Assembly: GCA_963924565.1 (NCBI GenBank)
Contig: OZ004613.1
Location: forward strand, 13,764,001 to 13,828,000
From: Ascidiella aspersa
Taxonomy: Eukaryota
Length of the DNA: 64,000 bases
Direction of reading: 5' to 3'
This document shows positions 49,401-61,400 of the stretch, one piece after another. The translations under genes were made by a program, and so were the position numbers. The notes under the pieces are model-generated. The model was not told where the DNA came from. It searched no databases and was given only the letters and a program-made list of their open reading frames with translations. Numbering within the stretch: the first letter of the stretch is position 1; each line of letters starts with the position of its first letter.

Positions 49401-52400
49401 CTTCGTAGTATTGATAATAGGTTTCCAGTGATATTTTTTGTAAACAATAACATTAATTTAAAAATCAAGTATTATATCGTTGTGCTAAATAGCCAATGTT
49501 TCTAGGGGTAAAAGCGATAAGGCCTGCCACTACGAAATTATATAGTTTGGCCAACAGAAAAAAATCCTATTAAAAAAAAGTCTTCGTCATGAATGCTAAG
49601 TTTTTATCATTACAGATTTGGCTGACAAACGTAAAAAGCTACCTTTGCTGCTCGGTCGTATAATAGTGTCTCCCTGGTCTAGTTCCTGCATCATCTTTTC
49701 GGCAGCTTTGAAATCTATGTTGTGAAAGGAAGGGTGGGCGATCACACGCTTGATGTAAGCTGCGAGGAAAACACATCGTCAGCGTTTTTGGAAACTTTAG
49801 CTAGTGGTGCCAGGTCGCTAAAGTTGACATTTAAAGCAAGTTTTGCGACTTTTGTTGCGGAATTGGGATGACTTTCTGTTAACCAAACATTCTTGCCTGT
49901 GACCCAAGTTCAGTCTTTGCGCAATTACCGCCGCCCTACAAAAAGGTGAGACAATTGTACATTTCTTCTTCCGGCAAAGTTTTATTAAATTGCCAACGAC
50001 CACCTATTCGGAAAATCTTCTTCAGGGCAACATAATTGCAATTAAAGGTGAAAACATATACATATATATATTATATATATACCAGACAAACAATAAAAAT
50101 AAAATTTTGCTGGAAGAACAAGTGTACAATTGAAACCATGCCTGGCAGCAACAGCATTTAAAAAAGTGAGTGTTTGACGTTTTTTGTATTACGTAAACGT
50201 CATTCACGCAATGAACGAGAAAGGTTAAATTTGTCTAAAAGGGTTCGGTCGTACACTGTTGTAAAAACCTATGATAATTTTCAATACATTCAATTTCTAA
50301 GGCTAATTGGAAATAGGCTTAAAACTGCGCCGTCTTAAAGTGACACCGCCTGTTGAATAAATCCAAACGATAAAAGTACGACTACGTTCCTTTGTCAATG
50401 ACCTGATTCGGAGTTCTTAAATCTTTATCAGACAGCCTGTTCGTAACATTGGTATGCCCACTAAATAACCAACAAATGCGAATGCGATTACTCGCGGGTA
50501 AAACAAAACGTCTAAGATCAATCTATGGCAGGGGTTCTTGAACTGGGGTCCCAGGACCCCTTGGGGCTACGTTGCCTTATGTTAGGGGGTTCATGAAGGG
50601 CTAAATAAAAACAATTTTAATTAAAAAAACGCTTTGTCGCCTTCTTCTTAAATGTTTTTAAAATTCATGTCAGTTTTACAGTTGTTGAACTGAAAACTGC
50701 AGGTTTCCTAGGCCTACTCGTTTTATGACGTCATGTCTAAAAATTCCACGCTGACCCTGGTCCAACAAGAAGCAAAAACATTTTCAGGGGGTCCGGGTTA
50801 AAAAAAAGTTTAAAAACCACTGATCTATGGCAGCACGAGCATTGAAAAACTCACTAGTTCTGTTTGAGTTCTTGTCCTTGTCCTGAAGCTTCTGCTTCTC
50901 CAAAGTTTCTTGCTCGAAGTCGTAGTACGTGTCCTGATCCTGCTTCCACCTTCCCTCCTCGTCGCGTAGGTCCGAGCCTCGGCAGGTGAGATCCACCTGA
51001 AAGCGCTCGATGTCCATCTTGCTGATGCGGCAGTGGATCATCATGCCCACCTGAAGCGGAAGAGAGGGTGCGTGCGTATATACTTGTTGGTATTGCTGTA
51101 CTTCAGCTAAAGTATTTAACAAAATGCGTTAAAAGGTCAATTGATACATACAGGGTTGCACACTTGTTGCTATTGCTACACTTCAACTAATTCAGTGTAA
51201 AGAGTTTTCATTTTTAGATATTTAATCCAAGGCGTTCAAAGGTCAATTGGTCCATGCAGGGTTGTCACACAATTTTATGAAAACAAGTTCAAAGTCTTTC
51301 TAAAGACGATTTGTAGGAAAATTGGATTGCTTGATGTTTTCTGTATACATTTCGAAAATAAAACAGTACACATGTCATGGTCACCGCACACAAAAATGTG
51401 TTTTTAATTGTTTTTTTAAGAGAACTTTCTTAATTAAAAAATATTTGGCCGCACCCTTCAGCATAAGAAATGACACCCCAGGGTACCAGGGTTAGAACCA
51501 CTGTCTCAAAGCATTAGCGCTTACGTATCGCGCTATCGCGCTGAAACTGATTCTGCAAGTTAGCTGCACAACGTTGCGCAGCCGCATTTGGAAAAATAAA
51601 ATTAACATTTTAAAAAGCTGCCAGTGGCCCAATTACTCAGCCAGCTATCGATGCCAAATTACTTTGAAGATCTTTTACTTAGTTTGGAAGAAAGTCCACA
51701 GTCAGTAAACAGACATTTCTGCAGGTTAAATTTTAAAAACAGGGTTTCTAGAAATGGTGTTTATTGGTGATGTTGAAATCACTATCAGAGTTCGAAAGAA
51801 AGCGAAGCCAAAGTAGGTTTGATCAACAAATAACCTGGAGTAGACACAACCAGTAAGCATTTTAAAATAGGTCACGGCTTTAACTACCGATAGCAAACAA
51901 GTCAATTGGGAGCTTCATGGGCTAAATAGTGTCAGGCCGAATAGGCCTTGTCCAGTTTAATAGCCAGAGGGGTCTTTTTGGTGAATATCGGTAAAAATAT
52001 CCCTTGAAAATTTAAGTTTTTCGTAAGTGTGCTAAGTATATAATGGCCTGGTTTGGCAAAAAAAGCGAACTATAAAAATTGCCGTCCCAATTCTTAGTTC
52101 TGTTCAAGAAAACGCCTTGATTGTAAAAACCCTTTGGTTGTCGTTTCTGCAACTGCGCGGAATATCACATTGACGCAAGATACCTTGACTGAATAAATTT
52201 CCTTAATCAATTTTCACTTAACCAAGCTTTCGTTAAATTGTTCGGTTGACTTAATACGATTTATACAATGGTGTTGGTTATGTTTCCCTTTGTATGTGCG
52301 TTGTTTACCTCAGTGTGTGATGGAGCAAACGAAAGATGCGCCAAAAGTCAGTTCCAATGTAGCAGGACATTTAGGGATCCATGTAAAATGTGCATCAGCA

Positions 52401-55400
52401 AGTTTTTACTACATTGTCGAAAATAAAAAATATATATTCAATATTTTTAATACGTTTTCCGCGACGCACTTGGAAGCCTTCCACGGCACAATGGTAAAGA
52501 ATCGCTGATCTAGTTCAAACGACAGCATCAAAACGTAAACAAACTAGAAGTAGAAAGATGATTCGCGTGAGGCGCTAAAATTTTTTGCACTTACGTAGTT
52601 AAAGAAGTCACAAAGTATGTAAAATAGACTCGTGTCTATTTTGTCAAAGAGGCGGCGGGCCGGATGAATCTCATCGGCGGGAAATGAAGTGTGGGTTTTT
52701 GATAGAGGACGCACACAGGTTTGTCACGATGCAGTAATGGTAATCTCATTTCTACTAATGAATATTGCGGCAACCACACGCATTGCAATGATGATGAATC
52801 CAGAACCGGGATGGGATTTAAATGCTCGGGAACATGCAGAAGAGGAATTCGTGTTTTACCGCAGATAAACATACGACGACGAACCTCAATGCTCAGACAA
52901 GTCAGATATTTGCTTTGTTGATGGAGAATTTGTTTGCTTCTTGTGTTTGGATGTACGACTGGTTATTTCTCAACAGCAAATATGCAACGGGTGGCAGACT
53001 GTTACGCTCTTTGCAATGAATGTTTGTGCGACCACCAAACAGTTTGCGAGGCAATATTGTGCGACTCTAGGGACACTTGCCCTCCTAATCAAGTGCACTG
53101 CCACAGTACAAAGAACTGCGTGGATATGGATAAAGTACTGCGCAACCCAAAATTCAGTTGTGTGGGGGATTTAAACACGCTAAATAGCGATGACAGTGGA
53201 AGAGATTACATGTATTGTCGACCTTCATGGTTTTTACCTCCCGCACGCGCCAGCAATGGCAGACCTGAATGTACTGTTGGGGTATTGAAGATGAATGCGA
53301 AGGCTGTGAGTCTCGACCCAAGTTCTGCGATGTGGATTGCATGAATAATAAAGCCAGGGACGGAGAAGCGTGTAAGGGCGTTGAGGGGTCATCATGCGAC
53401 GTACGTACATTATGCCCCAAGCATCATGATTGCGCCAGTGGAATGCTCACCAGCATCGATGTCGACAACCTTTGTGACGGAACAATAGACTGTGACGACG
53501 GATCCGACGAGGATAAGACGCGATGCAACAAATCGAGATTTTACTGTTTCAATGGAAAGCCCCTGTCGGTCGACATCAACTTGGTTAAAGATGGATTTCC
53601 TCAATGTTCGGACGGAAGTGATGAATTGGTCGCTGTCATCGAAAGTTAGCGGATTTCGTCTTTACAGTATAGGATGTTGTGAATAGAAATGTCAAAAACT
53701 TTATGAACAGCACCAGCACACTTTAATTAGTTGGCTTTTGCTGATTTTCTAACAGGGATTCACCTTACTGCAATGAGCATAAAGGGTTTACAATTTTCTT
53801 GGTATTATCGCACTTTGGCGTACCAGCATCACTAGTTCCATTCTTGGGGTGTTGTGTGTTGAAGCAACCATAACCTCTTCGGGTAGTATGGCTGTCATGG
53901 CTTGTAACAGTAATCAAAAAAACATGGCGTTCTAAACCAATCCGACAAATTTATCATGTGTAATTCTGTTAGCATTTCTGTAGTGCTATTAACAACAATA
54001 AACCGCAAAACAGTACATCTTGAGACCTAATTAACGAAGCAAATTAGTTAAAAACTAAGCGACATGTCTGTTAGAAACAAACCCTTGGTTTTAAGCTAAA
54101 CATTAATGATAGTACAACTATTGTAAAAGAAAACATCACTAACGTGTATCAGTCATAGTCAGTCATATTTTTCTATTAAGGTACCGGATACGGAGTATTC
54201 AAATTTGTTACCTAAGGATATTGTTATCCACAATCGGTATAGAAGTACTGAACAAAACATACTTTATTACATGATTTACTAAAAACGTTTTCTCCTTCTA
54301 AAGCAGTGATTCTCAACCGCGGCTCTCAGAGCCGCATGCGGCTCTCAACTGTACATTTTGCGGCTCTCACTAACGGAGTGAAAAATTAGTTAGCAGTAGC
54401 AGAATTGCAATAAAGGAAGTAAAAGAAAATAAAAGTGAATGAATTTGATCAGCAAGGATCCCGAGTACGAAGTACTAATTGTTCCCGGGAAGTACTAGTG
54501 TTCCCCGGTACTTCCGTCCGGCTCTTTAAAATAATTTTGTGGTTTGTGACGTCATAATATATTTAGTCTTGATCGACAAGCTATGACAATAAGAAATAGC
54601 TGTTTCAACAGTGTTAATTAGTTAGCCTAGGCTAGATTAATGTATTTTTGTTGTTTTCTGATTTCGTTCTTAATGTTTTTTAATTATATGCCTACTGTTG
54701 TTTTTTATGCGGCTCCTTGCAAACTTTATAGGTTTGAAATGCGGCTCTGGCTCTAAAAAAAGGTTGAGAACCACTGTTCTAAAGTAATAGTACAAAAACC
54801 AAAACTACAGGACTGTTTAAAATATTGTCTCATAAACTAGTCTCACTTTAGTATTGTATTTATATCGATTTATTTACGTTGAGAAAGTCTTTTATGCTTT
54901 TTTTACCAAAAAAACTATATTTATTGTAATTAAAAATTGAAACCAATACATTTTAAACAACTTGAAGCTTAAATTGATTGCTTAGAAACGTTTTACGATA
55001 ATAAAGTGCGAAAAAGCCGAAAAATAATTATTAAATACAACGGGATATAAGTCATGGAATGAACATGGGTATTGGGTATATTCTGTGAACAACCCTATAC
55101 TAAAGCAGCATTGACCAACAACATGGCAGAGGGCTCGAGTTAAACCTCTCCACAAGATAGTAGTTTTATTCTAGCCTGACCTTGCTTACACTACAATCCA
55201 ACTAATTTCGGTAATAGCCTTTCCGAAGGCACAACGTTTAAATGCTTTTGATAACCGAAGTAAACGATACGAACCAGCGAATGCTCATCTGATTTAAGAA
55301 CATATTTCTGCAAAACAGTACATTTCCTGCATTTTTTGCTTATCGCAAACAAGCATTTTTACATTTGTGTGAAAGACAGCCAGTCTTTGGCAGGTATTGC

Positions 55401-58400
55401 AAGGTATTTTACGAAACGCTTAAAGCCATAGCACCAAAAACTGCGATACGATCTACTGCTGTCCATCATCCACCCCTGCAGTAAGCTAGCGTGTTAAAGT
55501 CAACATAGATTTGATTGAGAAAGTTGCACAGATAAAGAAGCCAAAATAAGGCATCCCCTCGCCCACAAATTCTTCGCATAACCACTAACCCGGCATTCGA
55601 GTCAGTTGGTCTAACACCAAGCTAAATAATTTGACGCAGCAATTATTTTTTAGTCAGTACAGACACTCACCTTGACCCGGTCAGCCGGGTTGTCCACCCT
55701 CTGGTCACTCAGCTTGTCGGTTGGGATAAAACCGGACACCCCGTTTTCGAACCTGACCCTAACCCCGACGGCGCGACCCAGGCATTCGCCGTTGTCCAAA
55801 TGGGACCAAACCTGGGTAGAATAAAACAGGGGTGAATTGAAATCCTGGAGTTTGGAATGGATTTCACAAGCGGCAAACAAGTAAAGGAGTCGTCCCACAC
55901 TTACTCTAATGGTACTATCGATTAGATCTATAGATTCACATTAAATAAAATGAAAAACGTCTGCTATTTGAAACGCGTTATAACAAAACGACCGAAATCG
56001 AAGAACACACAACAAATCAAAATACAATTTTTTTCGTATGGATCACATTTATTATTATCGATAAAGGGCTTGGACGTTCCAGAGCTTACCGTTTCAACAT
56101 TTTTTATTTTTTCAACATATTTTTATCTGAACGTTAACGCAATTAAAATTCAAGTTTTTGTCCGTTTTTTACTTATACCAGCTTTGTCGATCTGGTTGTT
56201 TTAGGAATTATTTGGGCTACGTTTTCTAGGTCATTTCGTTCTTTTGTTAAGCACTTGCTATTAGTGAGATTTTTTTTCATGACGCTTTAACAAATAATCT
56301 TATTTTTAGTTGAAGTAAAGTTGACCGAATTGTCGATCCGGTCATCTTATCAACTAGTCGTTTTTCTATTTTCGTTATGTTTTTCGGCAATCAAGGACTT
56401 CAAAAAAAATAATTTGATCGTTCAGCGATTAAACGTTTAATTTTTACCGATTCTACGTTTGAAACATTTTCACAGCCTTTCTAGCAAAATAGTTGAAATT
56501 TTTTGTACTCTTAGTAGGATTTTTATACAAGGCTGTACCAAATAATTTTATTTTTGGAGTGTAAATTTGACCAAATTTGTCGATTATGGTCGAAAACTAA
56601 AATGTTTTTATACGTTCAGCGATTAAGCTTTTAAATTTTGCCGATTCTACATTTGAACCATTTTTTCAGCCTTTTTATTTTTCGTGAAATAGTTGAAAAT
56701 TGGACGTTTTCCTACTATTTTTTGTCAGTGTTACGCGGACCAATTTGTCGATTATGGTCGTCTTTATTTTAGTTATGATTATCGGCAATCAAACACTTAC
56801 AAAATTGTTTTTAAACGTTCAGCGATGAAAAGTTAAAAAAATTTCGCGAAACAGTTGAAAAGGGGGTGTTCTCGGCAGAAATTTTACCGTACCTCACTAA
56901 GTTCGGCAAACCCGCCTGTCTTGCAGAAGGAGCAGCTCCACAGGCCTGTGTCCTCGTCCTTGTGTGGTTCGGCCTGATCCAGCTGCTCCGACTTTGGGCG
57001 TCTGTGAGCTATGCCCACCACGCGGCAAGTCACAATTTTACCTGCGACATACCAAAGTAGATGTTTTGTTTTATATGTGGCGTGATTCATGGAAAATACA
57101 CTAAAATGGAAAAAATTCAGTTTGAACGAATACTTTTTTTGTTAGAGAAACCCATCTTTTCCAGACTGCAGACATGTTTTATGCGACTCTATACAAACCA
57201 AATCACATCAGATATTTAAAGATAGTTCTATACGGGACGCGCAGACAAAATGAGTTATAATTTTATCCGTCTAACTGCTTTTTCGTAATAAAACTAAGTT
57301 GTCATCAGTATTTTTCACTTCTAAATTAAAAATAACCACGTTTGGTATCTAATAGGCGCGGACACCACCCATGCTTGGACGAGCACCAATATATTTAGGA
57401 CATCCGTAAACGACAGTACAAACCTTCCTTGAAGGTGGCGAGCGACTCCTTGGTGACGAGCTCGAACTTCTCCTCGGCGGTTGCGGACCTGTAAGGTGTG
57501 CGGAAGTCCTTGTAGCGACTGTTCAGCTCGTTGCGGATGTCGTACAGCGTGATGCCCTTGTTGCCGTAGCCCTGTCAATATAAGCGGCATTTTGTTGTTG
57601 TTCTGATTTTTTATGACAGACTTTTAAACGTGAAAAAAAGTAGGCGGTAAGATTAGTTTAGGGGCCGGCGTCCTTTTCCTAGTGGCGGCCAGAGCCAAAT
57701 CAGAAAGGTTTCGGCGGGTCGCAATAAATTTAACTTCGTAATTTTAAGTCTGTCTTTTTAAACATTTCTTAGAGGTTGACATAAATTTTTTTGGCAATTG
57801 AAACAAGTTCTAATTACATTAAAAGTACATTGGTAAAAATGCGCTCGTTTTAAAGTTTGCGTCCACCCAAGATCACTATTACATGAAAATAAAAACACTT
57901 TATGACCAATGAAAGATGCAGAGTACACAATTACACATACGTGTACAACAACCGTGACTTAATGCTTCTGATGTCGTTTTTCGATCAACGATAACGGCTT
58001 ACGTATATAGCACACCGGAGGTTTAGTTTATTGTGCAATTTAAATTAGGCCGTTAAACTCTTGATGTTGTGTTTATAACAGACGCACTGTATACTTGTGA
58101 AACGCACTAAAATGCTAGCCGATTTATTACGTGGTTGCATTAAAATGTTAAGTATGTATGACTGAGATCGCGCGAAAAATTTCTCTTTTTACGTATACAT
58201 AAAATAGATAAAATAAATAGAAAATCGCCTCGTTCTCAATTTGAAAAAGATGTGGCGGGCCGGATGGTTTTCATTGTTAGGTTGCCGACCCCTGCTATAA
58301 TGAAAACGACCAACATCAATAAATGCCGTATAAGGGCAATTTTTACCAAGGTTTCCGACAGCCCGACTCTATTCAAATTCCACCTAAACTTGGCGTGGAG

Positions 58401-61400
58401 CAATATCTTACCTGTCGTTCAAGTTCTTCGGCAAAGGCGTCCAGATCGAGGTCCTTGAGCCTTTCTGGCGACTCGAGTATCTCGGTGAGTGCACTCGACG
58501 GGTTCGCGTCGACCGCTGACTCGTCGTACTCGAGCGCGTCGACCGCCATCTTACGCGCCCACTCGTACGTTTCCGGATGGACTCGCAGCCCGTCCAGGAT
58601 CTCGATGTACGCGTCCGTGCTGTGCGAGTAGAAGAAAGAACAACGAGTTGGATTTGGAGTTTGTGTATAGGACTGACTCCAACGTGAGATAACGAATTAG
58701 GTAAAGATAAGTTTAGCCCAAGGAAACTGAGAAGACATTTTAAAAGAGTTTGTGTTAACAATAAACTTAAAAACCTAAACGAAAATAATTTAGGGGGTAA
58801 ATATCTAGTATCATCCACTAAGCAGATTATTTGAAAGGATTAAGTACAGATAACTTTGGCAGATTTCACAACATCTTTACATAATTCAAGTAAAATAGAA
58901 CTAAAAAAGAATCAATCTACAAGATGCTACATGTCGAAGTATTTTGGAAAAATCAAGCATTTAGTTAAATATAAAGTACATAGTCATGTCAACCGTTCTT
59001 TAAGTGATGCTTTTTCATAAAAAATCTAACAAAATACCAAAAAGGCAATATCTTGAAGGCAATATAAAAGGCAATATACCTATCTTCCATGATCGACTTG
59101 GTGTCGATTTTAATGAAGCCGGCGCAGTTGATGAAGATCTTCGGTCCCATTTTACACACCGTCACTAAATTGGAGCGATTCTCAAGTCGACCGTTCTTTT
59201 GTTTTAGGACCTAGAAATATAAAATAAAAATGGATCAAATATGTTGCCAGTGATGTATTTCCGTCTTAGTGACCAAAGGTGTTTGTGTTCTTTGTAATAT
59301 ACGTAAGATTAAATCAACAAAAAACAAGTTAACAAACGTTGGTTGCATTAAAAAAAACGTGCTCGTATCAAAATAGTGCGATGTTGTAGATGCTGAACGA
59401 TTTCACATAGCGTCATATAGAGGGACTAAACACAAATAGTTTTTAAAGACAAATACCAGTTTAAGTAACTGAAATAAAATTGCAATATAGCTATTCGTCC
59501 TAAAAACGATTTTGGCCCTTGGCTAAGTTAAGGGTGGGCAACATTTTTCTAGTCCCGAGCGAAAACCAAACTCAGAGGTGTCTATGGACCATCAAATTTC
59601 AACTGTATAGAGACTCTACGCATCTTATAACAACTGCAAGGCCTGATAAATAGGGATAAAACTGAAGTATTTTGCGATATACACAAGATTTGCTGAAAGC
59701 GCAAAAAAATGCTTTTAGGTAGTTGAAATAGCAAAAAAAAATATGCGGAATGGCCTCGTGTAGAGTTTGTAAAATAGGTCGCGCGTCGCATGTTAAAAAG
59801 TATGGAAGACACAAAGTTTACACTGACCTTAAGTAGATGCGCCGCTTTCCTGGGCCCGAGGCCGCACACGAACTGCACGACGTTTGCTGTGTGCGGGTGG
59901 GTGATGGCTCGGTTTACGTCCACCCCCACTTCGTTACAGCGAAACACGAACTCCTCGACCAGCGTCTCCAGCAGCTCGTCTTTGCCCAGCTGGTCCTGAA
60001 CAAAATACATCGGTAACACCAGAGTTTGCTTCACCAGGCAACAATTATACACATATATAGATAGAGATCGCTCTTCTGGTAGAAATTAAGTTTTAAACCG
60101 ACAACTCGGAAGCCGATACCAGCTGACCTCATCAGGGTTAAATTGATTAAACCGAGAATGCGTCGAGAATGCGGCGGCAAGCTTATATACTAAAAAAGTA
60201 TAAAAATAAAACAATTTGTCCGGTTTTAATTATCGGGTGCCTATCTTGTTTTTCGCGCTTGGTGGTTTAGACTTAAGAACGTGGTCTATTGATGCTTTTC
60301 TTTTATTGCTTGCCAAGTATTTTATGTATATAATTTTTTCGCCAATAGTTGCAATTATAATGCCCGAGAAAAAAATTACCTGAATGGGCATTTGAAACGT
60401 TGGCGCTTAAAAAGAAATTTGCCGGGAGAACAATTTTACAATTAAAACATTTAACAATAAGAATAGACGTCGCTGAAGCATGCGACACTGTGGCTTCACG
60501 GGGTCATCTGGTGCAAAACTGCATCATTGAACAACGCGGCGTTTATAAACCATGGAATTAGCTACAGCGACAAGTAAATAGCCGAAAAGCATATTCAAAT
60601 CATATTTGTTTCATGGTATTGTGGCTTTGGTTGAAATTCCCAACCGGGCGCCACATTACTGGTGTCCCGCAATAACAGCAAAAATACTTAATGAATAAAT
60701 TTACTGGGGTTGTTAAAGCTACAGGACAGTCGAGCAGTCCAACACTTACTTTTTATAAGTAGGATTTGTGATACGTAGAAAGCAATTACATGCAATAACT
60801 TTTCGTAAAAAACTGTTTAATTAGTCTGCAATCGCAACAAAGCATTAGCGCTGTACCATCAACCCGGTTTGTGAAAGCATTCAACTTGCGAACCGCAAGG
60901 TTCGAAAAATTCGGCGTTAGCGCATTTCGAGCCTTGATCGATATGACTAAGTCAAACAACCGATAGAAAACTTGAGACATAAAATCGTGTTTTAAGGTTG
61001 TGAAAACAGTTCGGTTTACCTGCAAGGGGTGGAGCTTCAAGCAGGAGAGGTCTTGTTCTGTGGTACAAAGCTGGGAGAACTCAAGCAGGGGATCTTGCAT
61101 GCGACGGGCGAGGGAAATCGCCTGGCGTAATTCCACCGGGAAATCGCGGAAATCCGACTAAAAGTGAGGTTCAAAAAAATTAAAAAAACTTAAAAATATG
61201 GTTGGGAAGTGACATGTCGCAATCCTTAAGAGTAATTGACAACTCTAACTGTTTAATATCCGACATGGAAAAATGTTAATCTTACATATTTTAACACTGA
61301 CTTTAGATTTTGGCGAATTGTAAAAGTTCGACTCAAGTGGAGAAACAGTCTGTCAATAGGTAACATATAGTAGGTAACTTGTAAGAAAAATTTTGAATTT

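Noticed and set aside
55120-55290. Possible tRNA-derived SINE relic (B-box-like GGCTCGAGTT, GCCTTTCCGAAGGCACAAC); similar hint at ~44960-45000
   Set aside because: Too degenerate; no clear A box, tail or TSD.
4255-59560. Isolated single hAT-like termini (~4270-4298, 12077, 48909, 51480-51503, 59530)
   Set aside because: No partner TIR or TSD found, so element boundaries cannot be supported.
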